In this document: positions 25,801 through 36,300 of the stretch, in pieces
Layout of the letters: every line of letters starts with the position of its first letter
Numbering within the stretch: the stretch's first letter is position 1
NCBI RefSeq assembly: GCF_033153115.1
Contig: NW_026889803.1
Location: 46,686,001-46,750,000 of the forward strand
Length of the DNA: 64,000 bases
Direction: 5' to 3'
Origin: Saccostrea echinata
Lineage: Eukaryota
Notes under the pieces: model-generated
Databases searched by the model: none
Told to the model about the DNA's origin: nothing
The model's input: the letters and a program-made list of their open reading frames with translations, nothing else
Position numbers and translations under genes: made by a program

Positions 25801-27875
25801 TGAATCCATACTGTAATTTGTTCCATTTTATCCAAGTCTAGCATTAACCCTTCAGAATATAATTCAGTTTAAGAAATTCTGAATATTGCATTCTTATTAA
25901 TTCTTTAAACCCTTCCTTTGAGTATATCTGTGTTTTGTAGACCTTGCAGACTTGTCAGGAGCCAGAGCTGTTCTCTATGGATGAACTTGTCTGTCAGATA
26001 ATGGAAGACACAACCACACCTCCTGATCTTCTTAGACTCGGCATTCCAGCTTTTGAGCAAATACTGTAGGTACATAAAGACAGAAAAACAGCATAGTTGT
26101 AAATATTTAAACATTTTATTAAAAAAGTCATGATTGTTATAATATATTCCAGTTGCAAACAAATATTAAAATTACTTCTTGCAATAAGAGTATAAACAGT
26201 TGAAATGCACTGACATGTAGTAGTTGTGTACTTCAAGGTTTGAACCAAAGTTTAGTCTCTTTATTCAGTTCAATATTGAACTTATTACCTTTAGACACAG
26301 AGAGCTGTCCCACAGGAGAGTGCTTCATGACCTTGGAGTGAACCAAAATAAAAGAATGGCAACCCCAACCAACACTCGACTAAGTCAGTCTGTATCACGC
26401 AGAGCCTCCGTGGATACAGAAGAGAATACAACTCGATGTGAAGTCACCAAAAAAATCTGTTATCTATCTATGGTAGGATATTTCATCAGAAAATTGTTGT
26501 TTTCACTTTTAATGAGTGCATTGACAACTCCATTTTACTTTGTACCCATTAGCAATTTTTTTGTTGACTTGAGAAAAATACAAAATTATTTCATCCTTAT
26601 AAAAACTTTTGAAATCCGAGAAAAGGTACAGGTACATGATGTTTATGTGCACAATACAAGAAACTCTTTTTACTTGTGTAAAGTACAACTGTAGAGGCAT
26701 AGGAAACATACATACAATCACTAAATATACAGGAAACTGTTTAAGACATGAGATGGAATTGTGTTCCTATAAGACTTTAATATAGAGTTATTTTTACAGT
26801 TATTAAACACAGCTACAGACCAAACCTATTCCCTGGAGCAAGGAGTCATACAGGCTCAAAGAAAGAAAAAGTCAAAAACGTGTGTTCTTTACTACAGGCA
26901 CACTGAGGTAGGTTCACATTTCTACTACAGGGACACTGAGCAAAGTTCAGATCGTTGTTGTGTGCACACTGTGGTAGGGTTTAGTTCTCTACTATATACA
27001 GGTACACTGAGGTGGGCTCACTCCTCTATTACAGGCACACTGAGGTAGGTTCAGTTCTCTGATACATGCACACTGAGGTAGGTTAAGATCTTTACTACAG
27101 GCACACTGAGGTAGGTTCAGATCTCTAATACAGGCACACTGAAGTAGGTTCAGATCTTTACTACAGGCACACTGAGGTAGGTTCAGATCTCTACTTCAGA
27201 CACACTGAAGTCAGTTCAGTTCCTCCTGAGGTAGGTTCAGTTATCTATTACAGACACATTGAGATAGGTTCAGATCTCTTTTAAGACACACTGATAAAGG
27301 TTCAGGTATCAACTACAGGCAGCTGAGGTAGGTTCAGTACTCTATTACATGCACACTGAGGTAGGTTCAGTTCTCTACTACAGGCACACAAAGGTAGGTT
27401 CAGTTCTCTACTTAAGGCACACTGAGGTAGGTTCAGCTCTCTACTACAGACACACGGCGGTATTATATCTGAGTGGAGAATGATTTTTACTTTTTGTCTT
27501 TAAATTATCCTCAGTCATGTTAAAAATAATGATTTAAGCCATTTATCCCAAGAATATTTTAAGTAAAAATAAAAATGTTTGTAGAAGATTGAATGGTGTT
27601 GTCTTATGCTATTTTTGTGTGTAAGATATGTAAGAATTGGGCATTACTGTGTTTCCTTTTTCTGTTGTCCCGAACTTTCACTTTGGATGAAAACTTAAAA
27701 CTGTGTCTTATAGAGACTTGCTATGCAGTTCATGAGTTTCACAATTTATATTTTGTTCCATTTGTAGGAGGAGCTTAAGAAAATTTTAGAAGAAGCAAAA
27801 ACAAGATTAGCAAATCTGTCAACTCCTGAGCCAGCTCCTGTGCAAAGAAGAAAGTCAAGGAAGTCTGAGTCTTAA
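10826..27875 (+). CDS. JARID2: Protein Jumonji / JARID2 (PRC2.2 accessory subunit), 21 coding exons, ~1202 aa
   Basis: Exons: 10826-10936, 12034-12344, 12670-12836, 15133-15281, 15720-16070, 20026-20665, 20984-21207, 21325-21395, 21546-21630, 21770-21895, 22138-22296, 22398-22493, 22765-22886, 23080-23150, 24441-24555, 25124-25232, 25463-25645, 25941-26065, 26295-26472, 26800-26907, 27768-27875; all GT-AG and phase-consistent. Motifs RPKRNI..SWKEERELKKALYASLQE, AQRKFA (K116 equivalent), EDFLTFLCLRG, AT-hook RRGRP, JmjN (IPTFYPTEEEF..YGMCKIIPP), ARID (IGGVELD..KKWARVADAM) and a JmjC lacking the Fe-binding His (SCWSTD). Confidence 0.95.
13637..15042 (+). mobile_element. Helentron/HINE-like element with ~146-bp internal tandem array
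   Basis: ttttttatgccccgcc..ggccggggcata head, ccgtcctt-type microsatellite, ~8-9 units with tgaccttgacc, tail ggcggggcattcatgtcctatggacatatttctagtt. Confidence 0.85.
15720..19034 (+). CDS. JARID2: Extended alternative terminal form of JARID2 exon 5 (1104 codons plus stop; predicted isoform ~1350 aa)
   Basis: The ORF starts exactly at the acceptor ttttcag|GTG and runs in frame through the donor AAG|gtaaca at 16070 for a further 2964 nt to TAA at 19034. PLDLS at 17376-17390; AATAAA at 19902. Confidence 0.75.
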   Translation: MNKFTTPCKKAARASAGTPETCRGLAGVKRLDKTPKTKSPLARRGRPARALNITPVKTPPIKETSPSKIINNRLGKRRLGKDRLASKRKAVATLTQKAPPVKFKKTEPAEEQNKANKVTKALGVACSDIVSCSLHGRMVDCTCLVECQNIFTPAYSTNIDASLTNLCISNFPDLFPLIPPDFYNLSENDHPPELYSDVQEECDLVNKDNAENVQTSDGNMLQTVQSEVTEDIKMLTDDMLDAAKQNSPVEKAIATVIQTRLSDDDVLFATSAIKICKIETEEQQTNSGTSVQPSHQTEEGVEEMLTLKEEQDLSDEEYQSILSSNGLTYLQEIPELVLKEEPDFLDLDHGGLSVFSEPFLQPGNTNDLASSNPESACSNSVQQEGQICTLSQDTTLSNQDQFYPEGDAVNKKESPNTVLNTSQTSAHSFCVEVRRVPDHEVICSGKSCDVTKSTYPGNVTDDSKMEDTGLSYVQNGDNISDIRKITSPSLAGDLFYENQQKLKSSTELMSNSEACIVGANKPQDFEYRHTAAGLEYTKNSENKPVYEQDKDVPLDLSLPKEQKHGSGKNTEICNRDLSLIPLSSERLIHVPSLLNQGITSIKIETDKIIIHHKSKREQTEMSSNEQIVKHLGIGLKVQNRCDERRQVNVVLPYCLVKSDVSSKVVAPLNNSMNVDTEELKSPGRVDCSGDQIVPLDLHTDSNKETFAAEETDSNLPKLHAVNCLSLKRPLMIKTDAIKLGSNVFQRPPHMPGIVWKSNKKPVIDFAKSKGQPFSDVHFPQSISRPLSDTSSMETLSNDTQSHPAPLINHSSYELEEKHCSGSQNHHAPLATHSTRQLSHDSVMTPTSISDRHLLPLTEQSARQISRNSREKLPSITQTNLMPDLLRNLNDCLNMSRKEAEVSETAAVSVLTDDSLQKPMVTSYLSPPLQPTIPQESLSSESETDNVRFKCRKDFLKEFRIHPSEVDENCNTRVSQSQASPWFGQYVQHGLLDSSNNNDVETKDKGKHGESKDTEQHQSNTPSSQLMDSMENCQILNVDSHILQENKRKSCDGSYSSKSIDENRNILIMDRNIHDRNNCSVPNINCQQRKGLYPLPPAIMSSWYF
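23118..24185 (+). repeat. 69-bp minisatellite (14 regular + 2 decayed copies) containing the JARID2 exon 14 end and donor
   Basis: AG|GTAA donors every 69 bp from 23151 to 24048; unit cagtctctgctgagatacctaggacccgtaccag|gtaaatatatcagaatctagaactcttatctcaga. Confidence 0.97.
26890..27455 (+). repeat. 33-bp minisatellite (~17 copies) containing the JARID2 exon 20 end and donor
   Basis: Unit tactacaggcacactgag|gtaggttcagttctc; the first copy is the real donor at 26908. Confidence 0.92.
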
Positions 27876-29953
27876 TCAAGGGAGAATGTGTTCTGTAAAG
27901 AAGTGTTTATCAGAATTAGATCTTTTTTTTTCTTTTCTTTTTTTTTAAAAAAACCCTTTCCATTATCAGTAATAAATGAATTTTATTGTCCAAAATATTT
28001 GAGGCCAAACAAAATAGATGTTAGATCTCAAGCCACTTTTTAAAAATCAAATGAGGCAAGGAAGTTATATTTTTAAGAGTTTGATGTTTTAAAGGCATTC
28101 AAAATGTCAGTGCTACATGTATGTGTTGTATAGGACTTACAAACATTAAATGGATGGACCAGACAACATCTTCTGTTTCCCCCCACCAACCATAATTGTT
28201 TTTCAGCTCCCACCACCTGAACTTGGGAGCCAATAATTTACATGTACTTTTATTTGCCTAATGCAACCATTATAAATGAAATCAAATTTCTATATAAGAT
28301 AATGAGATTTAAGCTATCAAAAATTTGAGAAAAACCTATATACATGTATTAATGGACTAAGTGTGCATGTACATGCCTCAGAGTTAAATACTGCCCAGTG
28401 CAATATCAATAATGCTGGCTGTGCCGAATTTTTTTTTTTTTTTTTTTTTTTTTGATCTGTTGCATTCTAGAAATGTTGTTTTATGCATGACATGAATTTT
28501 TGCTGCTTGTGTTAATCAATATCTATTTAATACTAGATATAGTCTGATTAAGAATCAAAGTTTTTGTGAAAAATATGCATACATGTACATGTATATTGCA
28601 GTCATTATACTTTCAGATTTAAAATGTGAGCAGCCTCATCATGCATACATTCTCTTTTCTTGATTTATATACATTAGTTTTATACAGGTAATATTTATTC
28701 CTACAAATAAGTATGATTTAGTTGGTGAACAGCCTAGTTATTGTTTTAAACTCTTTTTTTTTTTATTTCCTCACATTGATCATTATTTATACATTGTTGA
28801 TATTTTACTATAGATTGTATCATTAGAATCAATGAGTTATCAGTGTACTTACACTAAAATAAGTATTTTAATGATCTGGAAATATATTGTTTTCTCATAC
28901 TATGTGCAATGTTGTTGACTTCCATTTCAATGTTGTGTCTGTCTTGTCAACAAATAAAAATTTTAAGACTCCATGATCTTTTCTGATTTTTTATTAACTC
29001 ATCTAGTTGAAGTGTCTCTTGTCTTTCTATCTGTTTGTAAAGAATGCTACCTCTCCTCTAGTTTTGGTTTGATTTCAATAATGCACAACTGAGTACTTTA
29101 TCAAGATACATAGTTGTATTTTGATCAATTTTTAAACTCATTGGATGTTGTAACCATGGTAACTAAGATAAAAATTTGAGCAATAATTTCAAAATTGTAC
29201 TAGCTTTTGCTTTGTACACATGTAGGCATCAGGACGGCATCAAGAAGCTTTATTCTTCATGTCAATATTGGATTGCCATGTTCTTTTTAGCTCTCATGAG
29301 CTTTATTACTGATGAAAGTTTGTCCATCTATTAATTTTCCAAATTTTCAACATCTGTCTGTGAACCAGTCCATTCCCTCAATCCAATTCACATTTGCAAC
29401 AGAGAATCCTTATAGAACTTAAATTTCTTGAAATAAGGGCTATGCCTATATATTTATTAGCCCTGGCTGGACCTAACCTGTACGAGTTTTGCTTCAAAGG
29501 ATGGATTCATACTACCTTTCCGTGTTAAAATGTGTATTTAATCTTGTAATTTTTTGTAGCGAGTATCATAGCCAGAAAGGAGCTACTGTTTTAATATTGT
29601 TAAGATTAAGGTTTGAATCTCCTTTAGCTTTAACAAATCAAGTTTTTAAGTGGGAGCAGATCCAATTCTGTGGCTTACAATCATGCATTTTGTAAACACT
29701 GAGATACATGTAAGTCAAGATTCAATTTACATTTCAGACATAACAGTACATGTATCTATTTGGCAAGTTAGGCGGTCAGCATCAACTCTTAGTGTGTCAT
29801 GTATTACACTTCAAAAGACATTCAGGTGATGAGTCCAAAAGACGTAATTCCATCAAAAATGCAAAGTTCTTTAACTCATCAAGGTGGACCCATATACCAG
29901 CACAGCCCCTCTGATTATAGAGGTGTCCACAGCTTCAGGGACTGTTACAGTCG

Positions 29954-30392
29954 TTATTAGTCCCCTACTGGTGAAACCGGAGGGGACTATAGGTTTCCTC
30001 TGCATCTGTCCATCCATCTGTCTGTCCCACTTGGTTTTCCGCATTTTTTTCCTAAACGCTTGCAGATATTGAGCTGATTTTTGGTATATGAGTGTATCTT
30101 GATGAGTTACAGATCAAGTTTGCATTTCATTCCGCTTCATTGATTTTCGATGGAATTACAACCTTTACAATTTTTAAGGGTTTTCTGCAATTTTTTTCTA
30201 AACGCTTCCAGATATTGAGCTGATTTTTTGGTATGTGACTTGACCTTGATTAGTTATAGATCAAGATTGCATTTTGTTCCGCTTAAATGATTTTTGACAT
30301 AATTATGGCATTTTCAATTTTTAACAGGAACCAGATTACACTTGCCAGTAGGGGACTAGTATTGCTAATGCAATACTCTCAGAATGCTTGTT
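29954..30392 (+). mobile_element. Short HINE-like element
   Basis: ttattagtcccctactggtgaaaccggaggggacta head, ctgt/ccat microsatellite, two internal repeats, tail gtaggggactagtattgctaatgcaatact..cttgtt. Confidence 0.8.
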
Positions 30393-30925
30393 GAATTTTG
30401 TTATTACAACTCTTGTATACCTGTTAATTCCATTTAAAGATTTTATCCCCCCCCCCCATTTTTGTCAGTAATGTCTATAATATATGTATAAGGCAATGGG
30501 CAGTATTGGCTTCAGCTAGTTTAGCAAAATGTATCAGTAAGATGAACTGTTTGCACATTTATTATTTTGGGGTGCATATGCATGTAAAACCAAACAAAGC
30601 TAAATATCACAGCAATACAGCTCAAAGATGTGTTTAATAATAACAGACAATTTTGACGAACTCAAATCTGGATTTTGTTTTCCACTAAGCGGATCATTCC
30701 TCTACAATATCAGTAGGACTTAATTTTACATGTATCTCCAACTGAGAGAATGAGCCTTCCCTGATCTTTGTAGAACTTTCACACTTAATGTAAACCAACT
30801 TTTAAATGCATGCTATAAATATCTGAGAGATTTGCATACAGTCAAGGACTTTAAAAGGTTTATGAAACAAGAAACCTGAAACTAAATACATGTATTACCA
30901 GTTTTTTATTAGTGATCCAAGAATT

Positions 30926-32351
30926 AAACAAGAGGCACATGGGCCACATCGCTCACCTGAGCACATTGGCTTGGCAAAACTAATGGCTTTGTTGTACTTG
31001 AGATTTTAAAAAAAATTCCCATATATTCCTTTGTAAAAATTTGATCCCCCATTGTGGCTCCTCCCTATCCCAGGGGTCATCATTTGAACAAACTTGAATC
31101 TACACTACCTGAGGATGCTTCCATATCAATATGACTAAACATAGCTTTTCCGTTCTTGAGAAGAAATATTTTTTCTATATGTTCTTATGTAAAATTTTTG
31201 ACCCCGCATTGTGGCCCGACCCTATCCCTGGAGGTCACCATTTTAACAAACTTCAATCTACACTACCTGAGGATGCTTCCATATCAAAATGACTAATCAT
31301 GGCATTGCGGTTCTTCAGAAGAAGATATTTTCCTATATATTTCTATTTAATCCTCATTTGTGGCCGCACCCTACCCCCGGGTGTCATGATTTGAGCAAAA
31401 CAGAATCTACCCAACATGCGGATGCTTCCATATAAATATGACTCATCATGGCTTTGCTGTTCCTGAGAAGAAGATTTTTCCTATATATTTCTATGTAAAA
31501 TTTTGATCCACCATTGTTGCCCCGCCCTACCCCCGGGGGTCATCATTTTAACGAACTAGAATTGACACTACCTGCGGATGCTTCTATATAAATATGACTC
31601 GTCATGGCTTTGCTGTTCTTGAGAAAAGATTTCTAAAGGTTTTTCCTATATATTTCTATGTAAAATTTTGATCCACCATTGTGGCCCCGCCCTACCCCCG
31701 GGGGTCATCATTTTAACGAACTAGAATTGACACTACCTGAGGATGCTTCCATATAAATATGACTCATCATGGCTTTGCTGTTCTTGAGAAGATTTCTAAA
31801 GGTTTTCCCTATATATTTCTATGTAAAACTTTGATCCTCCATTGTGGCCCCGCCCTACCCCCGGGGGTCATGATTTGAATAAACTAGAATTTGCACTACC
31901 TGAGGATGCTTCCATATAAATATGACTCATCATGGCTTGGCTATTCTTGAGAAGAAGATTTTTAAAGGTTTTTCCTATATATTTCTATGTAAAACTTTGA
32001 TCCTCCATTGTGGCCCCGCCCTACCTCCGGGGGTCATGATTTGAACAAACTTGAATTTACACTACCTGAAGATGCTTCCATATAAATATAACTCATCATG
32101 GCTTTGCTGTTCTTGAGAAGAAGATTTTTAAAGGTTTTTCCTATATATTTCTATGTAAAACTTTGATCCTCCATTGTGGCCCCACCCTACCCCCGGGGGT
32201 CATGATTTGAACAAACTTGAATCTACACTACCAAAGGATGCTTTCACATGAGTTTCATCTTTCCTAGCCCTGTGGTTTTTGAGAAGAAGATTTTTAAAAG
32301 ATGCTATTAATTTTTCACCAATTCTTTATTATCTCCCCTTGAAAGAGGGCA

Positions 32352-32390
<39 letters not shown>

Positions 32391-32392
32391 CA

Positions 32393-32424
<32 letters not shown>

Positions 32425-32504
32425 CCAGTAGTTTTGGAGAAGATGATGAAATTGTGAAAAGTTTACGACGACAACAACGACAACGCCGACGACGACAGAC
32501 AACA

Positions 32505-32541
<37 letters not shown>

Positions 32542-32559
32542 ACTCAGGTGAGCTAAAAA
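30926..32559 (-). mobile_element. HINE/pearl-like element with ~165-bp tandem array (Cg170-like satellite unit)
   Basis: Ends aacaagaggcacatgggccacatcgctcacctgag and gacgac microsatellite..agctcacttgagccttcgactcaggtgagctaaaa; ~8 units with attgtggccccgccctacccccgggggtcat. Confidence 0.9.
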
Positions 32560-33370
32560 CTGATGCATATAATACTTGGTAGTAGATTTACAGTATACAG
32601 CACACAATAAATAATGACTTTACATTCATGTACATGTATGCGTGACAATTTTTTTTTAATATTTTAATAATAATATCAACAGCATGGCATTAACAGACAA
32701 AAAATCTTTCTTCCCAAACATTACACACGGTCCTGAATTTAGAATCATACAGGTACATTTCTTCGTTCTTCCTAAAGTTGACCAATTTCAAATATCACAA
32801 GAAGCAATACAATCAACACATTCTGATCTACATGTGGAACAACACACCATCAACTCCATTCACATAACACAGAATTTGTAAATCGGTGACCTAAGAATAC
32901 CAAATGTAAATGTGTTTACTGGGGGCAATGCACTGATTGCAATAATTCGATAGAAGTTGTTCCAAATTATTTCCAAACTAGTAATAAATTAATGTATTAA
33001 GGGAAATAAACATGCTATCTTGAATACTAACAAGTTTTGAGAAAACAAAGATTGCTTCCATTATATTTTATGAAATACTTTTAAGCAATCTAACAGGTTT
33101 ACACAAAAAAATCAACAATCTTTTAGAAAATGAGTTGGTTTTCAAAATCAGACACTACAGAAAAACATGTTCAGGTTCTCATTATCAGTACACCAAGCTC
33201 ATTGAAAAATAATCGCAAGCTACAAGCTCGTTCAAATAAATTTCTGCAACATTTAAATTGCAATCTAAAATCAGCACAGATTGCAACATCATGTTATGGT
33301 GGAGTTTGGACACGGTAAACACTAGAGTGGAGAATCTCATGGTCAGTGTCGAAACCACTGGATCTCACAG

Positions 33371-36300
33371 TCAGTGTTGAGACCACTGGATCGTTTTCAG
33401 GTCAATGCCTTCCTGAGCCATCTCCCACAGAGGACTGAGAAATCAAATAAATACATTATGGATGAGCTGGCAACCATAAGAACAAATTGCAGTGGTGTAA
33501 CAATGATTCTCACTGTCTGAAATATCATTATTAAGGAGCAAATATTTAATCTTATTACCTAGTACTTCAGAAAATAACAAATTTTAACTTTTATCAAGAT
33601 TATTTTTTTTTCTCTTCATTTCTTTATATTTCATTATTACCTCATTTCTCGTAACCTTGTGACATGCTCAATACACTTTTCTGCTGTGTAGTCTACTTCA
33701 GCCTCTGTTGTGAATCGTCCAATTCCAAACCTGACACAGAAAGGATGAAAAACTTGTAATACTCTAAATGACACTTATAATTCTGTACTTGGATACACTT
33801 GGTTGTCATTGAAATTAAATTAAAAAAACATGAATTTACTTTCACATCTTCCAAGGGTTTCTTAATCCTTAGAACTAAATATTTAGAGGGTACCTGCTTA
33901 TAAGCTGAGGGATATAGTGTCACAAATAGATTTAATTTGTTGCTACAAGTACAGGACACCATCATAGTGTGAAAAAGTACCTGGAAGGGATTTTCAATTA
34001 TTTCTCTGTTTTTACGTACCTGATAGATGAATGTGCCAAATCTTCATCTGCTCCAACTGCTCTCAGCACATATGATGGTTCTAAAGAGGCAGAGGTACAG
34101 GCGCTGAAAAATCAGGTCAGTTCAGAGTTATTGTTCCTTTCTTGCCAATTCTAGTTTGCAACATGTTTTCAGGGTAGTTAAAACAGAAGAAAAAAGGACG
34201 TATTTACCTTCCAGATGATAATGCAATGTCCTTGAGAGCCATCAATAAACTCTCTCCCTCCACAAAAGCAAAAGAAAGATTGATACAACCTGTTAGATAA
34301 TTAAACAATGCATTTAATATAAAAATATGAAGAAAGCTAATTACCCGGTAAGCCTACCTTATATTTTCTACCAAAGTGAAATAGAATAATTTCAATGTCT
34401 GTTTTCCAATATATTATATGTAAGCATATCTAACTGAGATCTAGATTTTGATGGAAAACACACCTGGGTAGGATTTTTCAGGATCTCCATTTCTTATCAC
34501 CATTGGTAACGCTGACTGAAGCTTGCTGATTAATCGATCCGAAAGGTACTTGATGCGAGCATGGTCATACTGTAAAACAAAATAATGTTGACATATTTTT
34601 AATAAGCAATTCCTTTTTTCACACCGGTAATTTACTGTAAATCATTATTATGTCAAGTAAATTTAAATCCTGTACATGTACTGTGTATATGATATTTTCC
34701 AAAAAACGTCACTTGTAAAAGATGCTATGTTCCCTACCTCCATCTCTTGGATTGCTACCTCACAGGCTGCCCCTAGTCCCACAACTAGGGGAGTGGGGAC
34801 TGTGCCACTTCTCATCCCTCTTTCCTGGCCCCCACCACTCTGGGGTGCCTCAATCCTGACACGAGGACGTCTTCTGACGTACAGAGCTCCAACACCTGAC
34901 AGAGATAAAGAATGGAAACTACTGCTAATTTCATGTATATATAGTATTTACTGTTGCCAAACTAGATTTTCCACAAAATTCAAATCCTAGGCAAAAATGT
35001 GTATCTCTAGATCTGAAAGTATGAGAATCAACTCTCTTCCTTGAAAAGGAAAGTTATACATGTATTTATGTGATGGCAAGTGTACAAGGATTAAAATATT
35101 TTATCAGTTTTACATAGTTTACATAAAAGGTTGCTATAACTGCAGAGAATTTAAAAATTCACCTTTTGGTCCATAAATCTTGTGACCACTAATTGACATC
35201 ATGTCGATCTTCATGGCGTTGACATCCAGTGGTATTTTTCCCACTGCTTGTGCAGCATCCGTGTGAAAAAAGATCTTTCTGGATCTGCACAGTTCTCCTA
35301 CGAAGTAAGTCCAAATTAGCAGAATAATAACCTCTACATTCAAATGCATGATCAGCTGTGCATTTATATCATTGTAACTGTATAAATAAATGCTATAGTA
35401 CAAACTTCACAGTGATAGTATTACATGTACAATAAATCTAAGTTAATAATTATACGATGAAGACAGGGCCACAGTGCTCACTTGAGTCTATGATCACATT
35501 TAATAAAAGAAATAACTTCTAAATTGTAACATAACTTCATTTAATATTTACATGTTGTTTTTAATGAAGCCTAATACATATTGTTCCATAAACAATTCAT
35601 TTACTATAGAGAAGAAAATTAATTAAGCATGTAAGAAAAATGTTTTGTTTTTTTTTGAAATCTGAATTCTTTTGTATTGTTTTAATGTGACATCATAATT
35701 GTTTTCTTGACCTCTGCATCCTAAGGTGAACATATATACGCAACCTTAACATAGCTGCAAAGTGAAAATCCTTTACTTTCTGCAATTAGGAAGAGAAATG
35801 CTTATAGCTGATGGACAAAATTTGATCAAAACAATTGGTGTTTAATCAGGAGAGCTAAACTTTGAAGAATTCACAGCAACATACCAATTTCTGCGATGGG
35901 TTGTTCTACACCAATTTCATTGTTGACAGCCATTACAGAAACCAGAACAGTATCATCACTCATTGAATTCTCTAAGGCCTGACATCAGAACAATCAATTA
36001 TTTATATCATTGTCACAGATTAGTATTTCATGAACTTTCACAACTGAAATACCATTTTTAACTGACCTTTAGATCTATCAATCCATTTTTCTGGACAGGT
36101 AGGTAAGTCACTTTGAAGCCCTCTGCTTCTAAAGCTCTGCAAGAATCCAGCACACATTTGTGTTCCTGTCAAAGTACACAAAAATTTAGTACTCATCAAC
36201 CAACAGTTCCTAATAAGATATACATGTACAATTAGCTGCAACAATGTAGCCCTCTCCGATTTTTTTCAATCTGATCCCCCCCCCTCAAAGGGAGAGGGCT

